This document shows, in pieces, positions 29,818 to 40,300 of a stretch of DNA of 64,000 nt. The stretch is from Spirochaetales bacterium (lineage in GTDB: Bacteria > Spirochaetota > Spirochaetia > JABEVK01): assembly GCA_013044245.1 (NCBI GenBank), contig JABEVK010000020.1, positions 2,209 through 66,208 on the forward strand. Reading direction: 5' to 3'. Numbering within the stretch: position 1 is the stretch's first letter; the number at the start of each line of letters is the position of its first letter. The notes under the pieces are model-generated. The model was given only the letters and a program-made list of their open reading frames with translations. It ran no database searches and was not told where the DNA came from. The position numbers and the translations under genes are program-made.

Positions 29818-30618
29818 GTGGATGTGTTTTTTGTGCTTTCGAAAGTTATTCCTTTGCTCTTGTATCCTCTGCCTTTAGCCTTGTTGATTCTTTTCGTGGG
29901 CTCTTTCGTGGCTACGCCACGCTATGATCGTGAAAAGGGTCGAGCGTTTCGTCGAACGGTTCGGTTCACAGCTTTGGCCCTTTGGCTCCTCGCTAGCCCT
30001 TGGTTTACGAATTTGCTGGTCAAAGTCTGGGAATACCCCCGTCAACCACTGTCAGCTTTGCCGACGGTCTCTGATGCCGCCATTGTTTTGGGTGGGCTAA
30101 GTGACCCGGTAATTTCTACACCCACCCACCTCGAGTTCAATGAAGCCGCCGAGCGGATCACGGAAGCTGTCCAGTTGTATCGCGAAGGCAGGGTTAAAAA
30201 CCTGGTAATTTCTTCGGGAAGCGGTGATCTGACACATCCTCATGCCGCCGAGGCCCCCGGCCTGGCTACGTGGGCCGAAAGTATGGGGGTTAATCCCGAA
30301 AACATTTTTGTCGAAGATCGGTCGCGAAACACTCGCGAGAATGCCGAGTTTTCGCGCCAAATTTGCGACGCTCAGGGCTTTCATAGTTTTGTTCTTATTA
30401 CGTCGGCCTTCCACATGCCTCGAGCCTTGGCTGTCTTTAAAAAAGCAGGGTTCGAGGATGGTGGGCGCCACCTGATACCTTGGCCGGTCGATACGCGTGA
30501 AGACTCCCAAGGGTTTCCTTTCAACCTTGTTCCCACGCCCCATGACCTAGACACGGTTCAAACCTTTGTCAAAGAAATGGTGGGAATGTTGGTTTATCAC
30601 CTCATGGGGTTTGCATAA
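29818..30618 (+). CDS. DUF218 (YdcF/ElyC/SanA-like) envelope-associated protein
   Basis: N-terminal TM; AIVLGG...; LVISSGSGDL...SRNTRENAEFS...VLITSAFHMPRA pattern typical of DUF218. GTG start 3 nt after the repeat-protein stop. Confidence 0.65.
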   Translation: MDVFFVLSKVIPLLLYPLPLALLILFVGSFVATPRYDREKGRAFRRTVRFTALALWLLASPWFTNLLVKVWEYPRQPLSALPTVSDAAIVLGGLSDPVISTPTHLEFNEAAERITEAVQLYREGRVKNLVISSGSGDLTHPHAAEAPGLATWAESMGVNPENIFVEDRSRNTRENAEFSRQICDAQGFHSFVLITSAFHMPRALAVFKKAGFEDGGRHLIPWPVDTREDSQGFPFNLVPTPHDLDTVQTFVKEMVGMLVYHLMGFA

Positions 30619-30644
30619 GACCGGGTTTTGCACGAAAGCCGTAT

Positions 30645-31793
30645 TTAGTCGGGGTCATCGCGGTCGCGAAAGAATTCTTGCACGACCGACTCTATGTCGT
30701 AGGGGCAAGTCAGTCGCCAATCAGCAAACTCCTGAGAAAGCTGTTGGGCCTCAAGAAGGCGGCCGCTTTCTTCGAGGCAGGCCTGTGACCATAAAAAGGT
30801 TTCGGCCAGGTGGGCGTAGTATTGAAACCCCCAGTCTACTGGATGTTTTCCTAAATCTTGGGCCGCCTGGCCAAATTCTTCACGCTCAGCGAGTAAGATA
30901 AGCCTGAGTTTGTCAAGAATTTTAAGAGCTCGCGCAAAATCTTGAACGTCATAGGCAACCCAGGCCAAGTTGAGGCCGTAATAGGCCAAGTTGAAGCCAA
31001 TGGACCGCAACTCAGCCAAGCCCCCCTCGGTGGCGGTGCGGCAGGTGAAGTACCACACTGTTTCCAAAAAAGTAATCGCACGGTCCGAGGGGCGTTCTTC
31101 TAACAGCTTGAGGGCAATATTGCCCAAAGCATCATAGTAGCGGTCATCCGCCAGGTACTCGAGGTTGTCTTCTAATACGGTAAGGGCTTCGTGGGCATCG
31201 TGGAAGGAATGGTAGGTTACGAGGTTGTAGGCACTGTAGCCAATCCGTTCCCTGTCGCCGCTTTGACGCGCTTTTTCGAGGCCTTGGACTGCCAGCAAGT
31301 ACGAGGGCATGCCCGGATTTTCGGGGTCAAACGAAAAGCTAAACAACCACTGATACAAATCACACGCCATGGCTGGTTCTTTCGTCAGGGGGAGGTACTG
31401 TTCCACGAGCGACGTCAAAACTAACGGGGGAGTATCACGGGCCAGCTCATGAAGGACAATTAACAACAGTTCTAAGGCATCTTGACTACCCAGGGGGTTG
31501 TCACCACTGCCGTACTCTCGAATGGTTCGATCTAAGAGCCACCGGAGGATAACTTGCATTTCGTCGGACGAAAAATCCAAAAGAAGACGCCAAAGCTCAT
31601 ATTCCGCTTCGGTGACGAGCTTGGTGGGCTCATCCCAAAACGTAATCCATTCTTTGAGGTTGAGTGGCCGTTGATCAGCTTCGACGAGGAGTGCTACGGG
31701 CCGTTGAAGTACCGAGCGATATTCAGGGTTTTCGACAAGTGCTTCTAAAAAAGATGAAAAGCGAGTGATTTCAAAGAGATGATTCAGTGCCAA
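30645..31793 (-). CDS. Hypothetical protein (382 aa, helical), no motif recognised
   Basis: Long ORF, co-directional with the downstream methyltransferase gene. Confidence 0.5.
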   Translation of the reverse strand: MALNHLFEITRFSSFLEALVENPEYRSVLQRPVALLVEADQRPLNLKEWITFWDEPTKLVTEAEYELWRLLLDFSSDEMQVILRWLLDRTIREYGSGDNPLGSQDALELLLIVLHELARDTPPLVLTSLVEQYLPLTKEPAMACDLYQWLFSFSFDPENPGMPSYLLAVQGLEKARQSGDRERIGYSAYNLVTYHSFHDAHEALTVLEDNLEYLADDRYYDALGNIALKLLEERPSDRAITFLETVWYFTCRTATEGGLAELRSIGFNLAYYGLNLAWVAYDVQDFARALKILDKLRLILLAEREEFGQAAQDLGKHPVDWGFQYYAHLAETFLWSQACLEESGRLLEAQQLSQEFADWRLTCPYDIESVVQEFFRDRDDPD

Positions 31794-31798
31794 AAGGC

Positions 31799-32644
31799 TT
31801 ACTCCTTACGGGCCACAGCCGCGATCCAGCCTGTGGAAGCGCAGGGTTGACCCTCTAGCCCGCCATACCACTCTACCGACCAGCCGGCTAAGAGTTCCTG
31901 CAAATGGGAAATCTCGTGCCAACGGTACCAAAAGGCAAAACGACGAAGACGGGAAGACTCCAACACCGTCCAAACGCGGGCGAAAGTCCTCAGTTTAGGA
32001 TAAACATACTGACGATTCAAGACAAGGTGGTCCTCGTTCGACCAGAAACCTGGCCCACGGTGGACTTTCCAGGTCTCGGCTTTTCGTCGTTCAGCCTTCC
32101 ACCAGCGGTGGTTAAAGGTATCAAAAATCAAAAGGCCGCCCGGGTTCAGGGCCTCACGACACTGTTGAAGCCACCTTTGGGTCTGTGCCGGTGAAAAAGT
32201 CCCCAATGTCCCATAGGTCATGAGGATCAGGTCAAAACCTTTGAAAAACTCCCAGGTATGAAGGTCAGCGGTAAGAAAGTGGGCATCAAGCCCTTCATCT
32301 TCAGCCTGCTCGGCAGCATAGGCAACCGCCGTCGATGACAAATCGACACCCCATACTGACCAACCCCGACGGGCGAGCTCATGGGCGTAGAGGCCTGGAC
32401 CACTGCCCAGGTCGAGGGCCTTGAAGGTCGCCTGGGCACTCAAGGAAGCTCGAGCGCGCTCATCAATCCAGGCGCATTCCCGTTCGATTTGCGCCAAAGG
32501 CCGACTAGCGTCGTCGTCGCGAGAGTCAAGATGAGCGTAAAGAATATGAGACGCCATGTAGGGCTCGTTCCAGATCGGGCCATCGAGGGGGTCAAAGGGA
32601 ACCGGACGCGTGTCAGATTCTGCAAGGCGGATCCAGTCAGTCAT
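31799..32644 (-). CDS. Class I SAM-dependent methyltransferase
   Basis: Motif I LDLGSGPGLYAHELARRGWSVWGVDLS; motif post-I/II (LILMTYGTLG). Confidence 0.75.
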   Translation of the reverse strand: MTDWIRLAESDTRPVPFDPLDGPIWNEPYMASHILYAHLDSRDDDASRPLAQIERECAWIDERARASLSAQATFKALDLGSGPGLYAHELARRGWSVWGVDLSSTAVAYAAEQAEDEGLDAHFLTADLHTWEFFKGFDLILMTYGTLGTFSPAQTQRWLQQCREALNPGGLLIFDTFNHRWWKAERRKAETWKVHRGPGFWSNEDHLVLNRQYVYPKLRTFARVWTVLESSRLRRFAFWYRWHEISHLQELLAGWSVEWYGGLEGQPCASTGWIAAVARKE

Positions 32645-32735
32645 AACACTCCTGAAGTCACATACAAGTGCGGACGTTCCGCGAGACTACAATTTCTGAT
32701 ATTTTAACGGGGAGAAAAGAAAAGAGGAAGAAAGC

Positions 32736-33869
32736 ATGAACTTGGAGCTAAGCGCCCTATGCCCTTTTGGTGTTGAAAAGTTAGTGAAGGACGAATTGAA
32801 AGGTCTTGGCTACCACGTCGTGAGTTCCAGTCCGGGAAGAGTGGATTTTCAGGGGCCCTGGGAGGCCATCTACCGTGTTAACCTTGGTTCTCGGACTGCT
32901 GAACGGCTTTTGATCCGACTGGTAAAAGCTCAGGCACAAGATTTTGACCAGTTGTTCGAAGCTACACGCTCGGCGGCTTGGGAAGACTGGTTAACGCCAG
33001 CGGTGACAATTCATATTGAAAAGGTGCGCTTGTATCAGTCCCAGTTAACGAGTGTCCCTGCTGTACAAAGCATGGTGCAAAAGGCGGTCTTTGAAACACT
33101 ATGCCGTCGCTTTCGTTTGACACGACTTCCTCAGAACGGTCCCGTTGTCGCGTTGCGGGTAACCTTAGCCAAAGATCAACTGGAGGTTTTTCTCGATACC
33201 ACGGGAGCCGCTTTGCACAACCGAGGCTATCGGCAGGACACGGGCGAAGCCCCCCTCAAAGAAAATCTAGCGGCGGCGCTGGTGTTGTTTTCGGGGTGGC
33301 GGCGTAAGTACCCGTTGGTTGATCCGTTTTGCGGCTCTGGCACCATTCTTACCGAAGCCCTCTTGTATGCTTATGACCTCCCCCCGGGGCTTAAGCGGTC
33401 GTTTGCTTTTGAACATCTTCGACCTTTTTCGGCCCCTGACTGGGATCATCTTCGAGACGATGCCCGTCAGAAAACCGACCTTTCACATCGGGTGCGAATT
33501 TTTGGTAGCGATAAGGACCCCGTCGTTTTGCGCGCCGCGCGAAAAAATATTCAAGCCCTGGGGTTGGAAGATCACTTGCGTCTTGAGGTGAAAGCCATGG
33601 AAGGTGTCTCAGCGAGATTTTGGGGGATAGAGGAACCGGGATTCGTGGTGACGAACCCCCCATACGGCGAACGCTTAGAAACGGTTGCGGCTGCCCGAGA
33701 CCTCTCGCGGGCTATGGCCAGCTGGGAACGAGATTTTCCTGACTGGTCGATTGGGGTCCTAACTCCGCTTGAGAGTTTGTCCCAGGATATGGGCAGGGAC
33801 CCTTTTGTTGTCCGAGAGCTTTCAAATGGGCCTCTCAGAGTAAAATTCTTTCAGTTTGCCAAAAAATAG
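32736..33869 (+). CDS. THUMP-domain RNA (guanine/adenine-N) methyltransferase (RlmL/Trm14-like)
   Basis: N-terminal THUMP-like region; SAM-binding DPFCGSGTIL; catalytic NPPYGERL motif. Confidence 0.8.
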   Translation: MNLELSALCPFGVEKLVKDELKGLGYHVVSSSPGRVDFQGPWEAIYRVNLGSRTAERLLIRLVKAQAQDFDQLFEATRSAAWEDWLTPAVTIHIEKVRLYQSQLTSVPAVQSMVQKAVFETLCRRFRLTRLPQNGPVVALRVTLAKDQLEVFLDTTGAALHNRGYRQDTGEAPLKENLAAALVLFSGWRRKYPLVDPFCGSGTILTEALLYAYDLPPGLKRSFAFEHLRPFSAPDWDHLRDDARQKTDLSHRVRIFGSDKDPVVLRAARKNIQALGLEDHLRLEVKAMEGVSARFWGIEEPGFVVTNPPYGERLETVAAARDLSRAMASWERDFPDWSIGVLTPLESLSQDMGRDPFVVRELSNGPLRVKFFQFAKK

Positions 33870-33892
33870 CAAACGATTGCCTTTGGTTAAAT

Positions 33893-33921
33893 TGACAGAA
33901 AAAGCTGGTGATTCTATAGTT
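33893..33921 (+). promoter_or_regulatory. Sigma70-like promoter TTGACA-N17-TATAGT upstream of the GH94 phosphorylase gene
   Basis: Read directly: TTGACA at 33893-33898 and TATAGT at 33916-33921. The ATG follows ~50 nt downstream with GGAG. Confidence 0.45.
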
Positions 33922-33971
33922 TTTCGTAGGTTTTTGTCACAGATTTCAGATCTGGGCAACAAGGAGTCCCC

Positions 33972-36434
33972 ATGCCACATCTCAACCCTTACGGGCATTT
34001 TGACGACGCGAACCGCGAATACGTCATGGTCCGGCCCGATACCCCTCTGCCCTGGCTGAATTATCTTGGCCAGGATGAATTCTTTGGTTTGTGCACCAAT
34101 ACCGCAGGCGGTTATACGTTTTGGAAAGACGCTAAACTACGGCGCCTGACCCGCTACCGGTACAATAATATTCCCTATGACTTGGGTGGGCGCTACCTGT
34201 ACGTCCGTGACGGTGATTTCGTGTGGAACCCTGGCTGGAAGCCTGTAAAGACGGTCTTGGATTCGTACGAATGCCGCCATGGTCTAGGCTATACCACCAT
34301 TACTGGTGTTAAAAATCAGTTATCCGTGTCGCAGACCATGCTGGTTCCCCCTGGTGAAAATCTTGAGCTGTGGAAGGTGACGGTAAAAAACCTTTCGGGC
34401 GCCCGGAAACAGGTCAAACTCTACTCTTTTCAAGAGTTCGCCTTCTACGAAGCTCTTAACGATATGACGAACTACCAAAGAACCTACTCGATAGGCGAGG
34501 TCGAGGTCGAAGATGGCGTGATTTATCACAAAACCGAATACCGCGAACGCCGTAACCACTACACGTTGTTTGCTTGCACCGGGCCGGTGACAGGTTTTGA
34601 TACCAGTCGCGATGTGTTTGTGGGGGTTCATGAAGGTCTTCACGAAGCCCAGGTTCCCATGAAGGGAAAAGCCGGTAACTCCTTGGCGTTCGGCTGGAAC
34701 CCCATTGGTAGTCACGAGGTGACGCTCAGCCTAAAGCCAGGCGAAGAAACCTCGTTTGCTTTCATCTTGGCGTATGTTGACCATGATTTAGCGGGTTTTA
34801 CCGGCCCCAAGTTCAGTGCTCCTATGGTGATGAACAAAGAGTTGGGACGGCAACTGGTCGCCAAATACCGCCGAATCGAGGCTGTGGACGACGCCCTCGC
34901 GCGGTTGAAGGCCTACTGGGACGAAAATCTTTCGCATTTTCAAGTGGAAAGCCCCGATCCTCATGCCACCCGTATGGCCAATATTTGGAATCAGTACCAG
35001 TGTATGGCAACCTTCAATATGAGTCGTTCGGCGTCACTGTATGAAACAGGCATAGGCCGAGGAATGGGTTTTCGCGATTCTAACCAGGACTTGTTAGGGT
35101 TTGTTCATATGATTCCCTCTCGGGCCCGTGAACGAATTTTAGACATTGCGGCAACCCAACTGTCCGATGGAACGTGTTTTCATCAATATCAGCCGCTCAC
35201 AAAAAAGGGAAACTCCGAAATTGGTGGAGACTTTTACGATGACCACCTTTGGCTTGTCCTGTCGACGGTGAGCTACATCAAAGAAAGTGGTGATGTTTCA
35301 ATTCTTGAAGCCCCCTGCGGGTACGCCGACAAGGATTATACCAGCGTCCAAAAAGAGAATTTGTTACATCATCTGGAAACGTCCCTTGCCTACACCATGG
35401 CCAAAAGGGGTCCGCATGGCCTGCCGTTGATTGGCCACGCCGACTGGAACGATTGTCTCAACCTGAACTGTTTTTCGACAGAGCCCAATGAAAGCTTTCA
35501 AACCGCTGGCGATGTTAACGGCTCATCGGCAGAATCGGTGATGATTGCGGGGTTGTTCCTGTACGCGGCCCGTGATCTATCACAGCTTTACGAATTTCTG
35601 GGCCGGAACGACGATGCCCAACGGATTAATACCTTCAGGCAAACTATGCTCGACACCGTAGAAAAAGTGGCATGGGATGGGGCCTGGTACACCAGAGCCT
35701 ACGATGCGGCTGGTAAGGTCATCGGCTCTCATACCAATGATGAAGGACAAATCTTTATTGAAAGCCAAGGTTGGGCAGTTTTGGGTGGCGCCGGTGCCGA
35801 GAACGGGCGGGCACGACAGGCGCTAGAAAGCGTTCATCAACGCTTGTATACCGCTAACGGTATAGTCCTGCAACAGCCTCCGTATAGCACCTATCGTAAG
35901 GAATATGGTGAGGTCACCTCGTACCCGCCGGGGGTCAAAGAGAATGCAGGGATTTTTAGCCATAATAATACCTGGATACATTTGGGTTGGTGCTTGCTCG
36001 GCGAAGGTGACCGAGCCTTAGAGTACTACCACTCGATTTGCCCTTCGAAAAAAGAGGAACAAATCGATACCTACCGGTCCGAACCCTACGTCTATGCTCA
36101 AATGACGGCCGGCAAAGATGCCCCTTGTTTTGGTGAAGCTAAAAACTCTTGGCTGACGGGCACTGCCGCTTGGACGTTTGTCGTTGTGAGTCAGGGAATC
36201 TTTGGCATCAAACCGCACTTTCAGGGCCTTCAGATTGACCCGTGCGTGCCTCGTGGGTGGAAGGAGTTCCGGGCGAAGCGTACCTTTCGTGAAGGAACCT
36301 TCGAGATCCACGTCACAAACCCCAAGGGCGTTTCTAAGGGGGTTGCATCGGTCACGGTTGATGGCAAGCCGATAGCGGGAAATATCATTCCCGCCTTGTC
36401 AGGAAAACACAGTGTCGAAGTCGTAATGGGCTAG
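33972..36434 (+). CDS. Glycoside hydrolase family 94 phosphorylase (cellobiose/chitobiose phosphorylase type)
   Basis: 820 aa. N-terminal YGHFDDANREYVMVRPDTPLPWLNYLGQDEFFGLCTNTAGGYTFWKDAKLRRLTRYRYNNIPYDLGGRYLYVRDGD closely follows the conserved GH94 N-terminal domain; size is typical. Confidence 0.85.
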   Translation: MPHLNPYGHFDDANREYVMVRPDTPLPWLNYLGQDEFFGLCTNTAGGYTFWKDAKLRRLTRYRYNNIPYDLGGRYLYVRDGDFVWNPGWKPVKTVLDSYECRHGLGYTTITGVKNQLSVSQTMLVPPGENLELWKVTVKNLSGARKQVKLYSFQEFAFYEALNDMTNYQRTYSIGEVEVEDGVIYHKTEYRERRNHYTLFACTGPVTGFDTSRDVFVGVHEGLHEAQVPMKGKAGNSLAFGWNPIGSHEVTLSLKPGEETSFAFILAYVDHDLAGFTGPKFSAPMVMNKELGRQLVAKYRRIEAVDDALARLKAYWDENLSHFQVESPDPHATRMANIWNQYQCMATFNMSRSASLYETGIGRGMGFRDSNQDLLGFVHMIPSRARERILDIAATQLSDGTCFHQYQPLTKKGNSEIGGDFYDDHLWLVLSTVSYIKESGDVSILEAPCGYADKDYTSVQKENLLHHLETSLAYTMAKRGPHGLPLIGHADWNDCLNLNCFSTEPNESFQTAGDVNGSSAESVMIAGLFLYAARDLSQLYEFLGRNDDAQRINTFRQTMLDTVEKVAWDGAWYTRAYDAAGKVIGSHTNDEGQIFIESQGWAVLGGAGAENGRARQALESVHQRLYTANGIVLQQPPYSTYRKEYGEVTSYPPGVKENAGIFSHNNTWIHLGWCLLGEGDRALEYYHSICPSKKEEQIDTYRSEPYVYAQMTAGKDAPCFGEAKNSWLTGTAAWTFVVVSQGIFGIKPHFQGLQIDPCVPRGWKEFRAKRTFREGTFEIHVTNPKGVSKGVASVTVDGKPIAGNIIPALSGKHSVEVVMG

Positions 36435-36436
36435 GG

Positions 36437-37396
36437 CTATACCTCGGGGGCAGGGGGGTGAATGGCATCATGATCCTTACGAGTTTCAAGATGCGTGGTC
36501 ACCATACAGCCGGGAAACGATGCGGCGAGCGTTTGTTCGATCCGCGTCGCTGACCGGTGAGCATCACGAAGGCGGGCGTTGTCGTCAAACAGCAGGTGGA
36601 CTTGGATCCAGTACCGGTTGCCTGAATTGCGAAAACGCGCTTCGTGATACCCTGCTTTTTCTGCTTGGCAGGCGGCGGCTAAAACGTCTTCGAGTTTTCG
36701 TTCCTCGTCGGGAGTAACGCGGTCCATGAGACCCGAAAACGATCGTCGCATGAGTTTTCCGCCTTCGGACAAGATATTTAAGGCGGCTAAGACGGCAAAG
36801 ATTGGGTCAAAATAGGCCGGGTCAAACGTCCAGGTGCCCACCTGGATCCAATTTTTGGGAAAAAACAAAACCAACAACAAACCGATTAAAATCCCACCCG
36901 AGGTGACGGAATCCGTCAGCACGTGGCGCCCATTGGCTTCGAGAATCAAATTCTTTTTTCGTTTGCCAAGTTGAATCAGACCTAGGCCCAAAACCCCATT
37001 GACGACAAGAACAACCCCACTGATGATCGTACCGACATCGACATCACTTAAGCGTGGACCTTCAATAAATTTGAGTACAGCTTCGTAAATGATGAACAAG
37101 GCCGCCAGAACAATCATGGCTCCTTCAAACCCGGCGCTGAAAAAGCTGATGCGGTCGTACCCAAACTGATGGGATTTGTCTGACCGTTTAGCTGAAAGTT
37201 TGAGGCTGTAAAAAGCAAAGGTGACGGCGACGACGTGTACCACAGACTCGGCGGCGTCAGACATGATCGCGGCCGAATTGGTGATGACATACGCGGTCAT
37301 CTTGGTAATCAGCATCAAAAACCCGATGGTGAGGCTGAGCAACATGGCTCGCCCCAGGGTTTTATCGGCTGTAGGGGGGGCGGGGGCGAACATCAT
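36437..37396 (-). CDS. Cation diffusion facilitator (CDF) family metal efflux transporter
   Basis: Six TM segments with SDAAESVVHVV...; C-terminal cytoplasmic domain. Start set at ATG 37396 (GAGGA RBS 5 nt upstream). The ORF's first ATG at 37462 would overlap the upstream gene by 100 nt. Confidence 0.8.
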   Translation of the reverse strand: MMFAPAPPTADKTLGRAMLLSLTIGFLMLITKMTAYVITNSAAIMSDAAESVVHVVAVTFAFYSLKLSAKRSDKSHQFGYDRISFFSAGFEGAMIVLAALFIIYEAVLKFIEGPRLSDVDVGTIISGVVLVVNGVLGLGLIQLGKRKKNLILEANGRHVLTDSVTSGGILIGLLLVLFFPKNWIQVGTWTFDPAYFDPIFAVLAALNILSEGGKLMRRSFSGLMDRVTPDEERKLEDVLAAACQAEKAGYHEARFRNSGNRYWIQVHLLFDDNARLRDAHRSATRIEQTLAASFPGCMVTTHLETRKDHDAIHPPAPEV

Positions 37397-40300
37397 GAAA
37401 ATCCTCGCTTTTTTCGAGTGAAAGGTCATAAACCGCCGAAGTTTTGCGGTTTTTGTTTTCAACGTAGTGAATTGTACAAATATAATCTTCTACCACATTA
37501 ATTTTATCCAGAGGAGTCACGACCATCAACTGAAGATTCATCTGTTCAAAGAGTTTCATCGCGAATTTTGAGTTTTCAGGGTCGACCTTGCTAAAAGCTT
37601 CGTCCACCACGGCAAACCGCAGGGAACGCGACCCCGCCGTGCCACGAATGCCAAACTGGTGGGCGATCGCACTTGCCAAAATGGTGTAGGCCAGCTTGGC
37701 CTTTTCACCGCCCGAGAGACTCTGGCTGTCCTGGTAATACTGCCGTTGAGAACCATCTTCGGCGTAACGTTCCACGGCCGCGAACTGAAGCCAATGGCGC
37801 ACGTCGGTGACCTTTTTTCGCCAAAGCTCATCGTCGGACAGGGCTTGGATGATGGCGCGAATGCGATGAAAGGCTTGTTCGAGGTCACTGTCGCCTGCCA
37901 GGGCCTCTTTGAGCATGCGCCGAAAGTCGCGGATTTGTAGGTCGCGGCTGTCCTCGGCCTGAAGTTGAATAAAGGTGGCGGGAAGGCTGTTGTAGGTGAT
38001 AGTTTTTAACGATGAGTTGAGTTCCCGCACGGTTTCTTGAATGGCCCGCAGATGATTTTCTAACGAAGTTCGAAAATCAGCGATGTCTTCGAGCAACCTT
38101 TGGTTGAGCCAATCCTTAAACCGTTTCTGGTACCCGGGGAGGTCTTCACGCCGAATACGGTCGTACCGCTGGCGAAACTCGTCCAAGTTGTCAGCCTTGG
38201 CCATCAATGAGGCCGTCTCGCCTGTCCACTCGGGAAATCGTGCGGCCAACTCAGCCCCCGGGTTGATGTACCGATGCAAGGCGGTTTCTAGCTCGCGTTC
38301 CACCATTTTAAGTTCGTCGATGGTTCGTTTTCGTTCCCCCGCCAGGGTACGACTGACTTCGTCGCGGACTTTGACCAAAGACCCTAGGTCGAGCAAGATG
38401 TTCACTTGTTTGAGCCACGGTTCGAGGCGTCGATGGCCCTCTTCTAAATCAAAACCCGCAAAGTCGAGCAGAATGCGCTGGGCCGCAGACTCTTCCATTT
38501 CATACTCTTCAAGGGTCTTGCGGAGTCGCCCCGACTGAGCGGTCGTTTCATCTTTTTCGCGGGTTTTGTCTTTGAGGGCAACTTTGAGCTCTGCTAAGCG
38601 TTGGTGCAGTTGGTCGGTGCCGCTATCGCCTGTTAGGGCCTTCTTGCGTTCCGCCAGCTTGGCGAGCTCGGCAGTTTCCGTCTCGGTATCCAGTTGGTTC
38701 CAGGCGGTAAAATCGAGAAGCTTTTCTAAAAGGATCCGTCGGTTATCGGTCTGACGGCGTTTGTCTTCTAAAGCGGATTGTTGAGCCTCAAGGCGTGTCA
38801 GTTCAGCTTGAGCGGTTTCGCGGCGCTGAAACAGGGCCTTGCGCTGAACCTCATTCTCCCAACCAAGGACAAAGCACCCTGGGTCTTCCCAACCGGGGGA
38901 TGGGCGACTCCACAGACGCCCATCACGAATCCAGCCGTCTTGGGTAAATCCCCGCTGGGTTCGTGAAAGTTGATCGCGTTCGCAAGCCTGAAAATCGTAG
39001 GTCCGTCGCAACCAGGCGGCTAGACGTTCCCCCCAAGGTGCCAAGCGACGAAACTCTAAAAGGTCCGAGAGTTGGTCCCTCTCTTCCGAGACAAAGAATT
39101 GTTCTTCGGCGGAGTCGCGCAAAACCAGGATTTTTCCGGGGTGTTCATCGACCCAAGTTCGTATGGCGGACTCGTGTTCAGGGTCAACGATCACCGCCAA
39201 AAGGACATCGCCCAAAAGTCGCTCTACCGCTGGCCTCCACGCGGGGTCGAGAACCCGGACCAACGCGGCCGCAAACGGAAGTTTTTCGGGGTCCATGTCG
39301 AGGTCCGCAGCCATCCGGTCGCGCCACTGCCTGCGATCGCGGGGAATCGCATCCGAATGATGACGAAGGCTTTCTAGCTCTTGAGACAGTGCCTCGGCTT
39401 CCTCACTGGCGGCAAGAAGTCGGTTTCGTCCTTCGGCCCAGGCGACGCTGGCGGGAGCCACTTGTTCTTCGAGAGCCGATTTTTGTCGGACGGCTTCTTC
39501 GCGGTGCTCCCAAAAGCCAGGTTCTCCCTGTACCGGGCCAAACCCCAGTGCCTTGGCCAAACTGTCATACTCGTGTCTTAAACGCTCTTTTCCGGCGAGA
39601 ATATCGCGGCGATGGGCCACGTCGCGCTCTAAGGCGTCCAAGAGTCCGCTTTGACTTTTGTCGCGAAGGGCGAACTCCCAATCTCGTTCCTGGCGGCGCA
39701 AATCTTCGAGCTGAAGTTCTAGACTGTCCTTTTGAGCTTCGACGGCCGCCAAACGTACTTGCTCACGGTTTTTGGCTTCGGCGAGAAGTCGTTTTTCTTG
39801 GGCCGCAAAAACGGGAGCTACAGCGTCCCAAGCCTGATCCTGCTCGGCTTTTTGCTGACTGAGTGTTTCCCAGCGCTCGCCGGCCAGCATGGCCGGTTCC
39901 AACAAACGAAGCTGTTCACGAGCCTTTTCAATCTGCTGATGAGCCCCCAAAAGGTCTTCATAGTTCTTTTTGAGTTTGGCGAAGTCTTCTTCCATATCCG
40001 CCGCATCGAGCATATTGTCGCGGATAAACTCGTTCAGGTCGCCTAATACTTTAACACCGACCACATGCGAGAACAAACTAAGGGCTTTGTCGCTTTTTAG
40101 TCCAAACAAGCTTGAAAAGGTTTGCCCATAAAGAGCAAAGGTATCGAAGAATTTCACCGGATGCCGGGCGGTGAGGGCTTTTTTCCAAGCGGGTCCCCCG
40201 TCAAAAGGCAGTAAATCTTCAGAGCAAAGACCGGCGTTGGCCACCAGGTAGAGCCGTTTCAGTGTGCCTGCCGACCACCAACGCAGTTGGGCCAACGTTG

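Noticed and set aside
30566-30901. 111-aa plus-strand ORF bridging the DUF218 gene end and the antisense 382-aa gene
   Set aside because: It overlaps two better-supported genes and has no RBS.
30645-37462. A JetD/MksG-like (DUF2220/Toprim) gene downstream of the SMC-like ATPase, or elsewhere in the window
   Set aside because: The gene after the ATPase is an unambiguous CDF transporter. Other ~400-aa unknowns (30645-31793, 57865-60161, 25104-26675) show no Toprim-like acidic DxD/E motifs. The absence is therefore reported as a finding rather than calling any of these JetD.
38963-39862. 299-aa Arg/Pro-rich ORF on the plus strand inside the mksB/jetC-like gene (also 38083-38538, 39072-39377, 39732-40046)
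   Set aside because: Antisense to a gene with strong motif support. Its composition (R, P, G runs) is typical of spurious frames in GC-rich coding DNA. It has no start context and no motifs.
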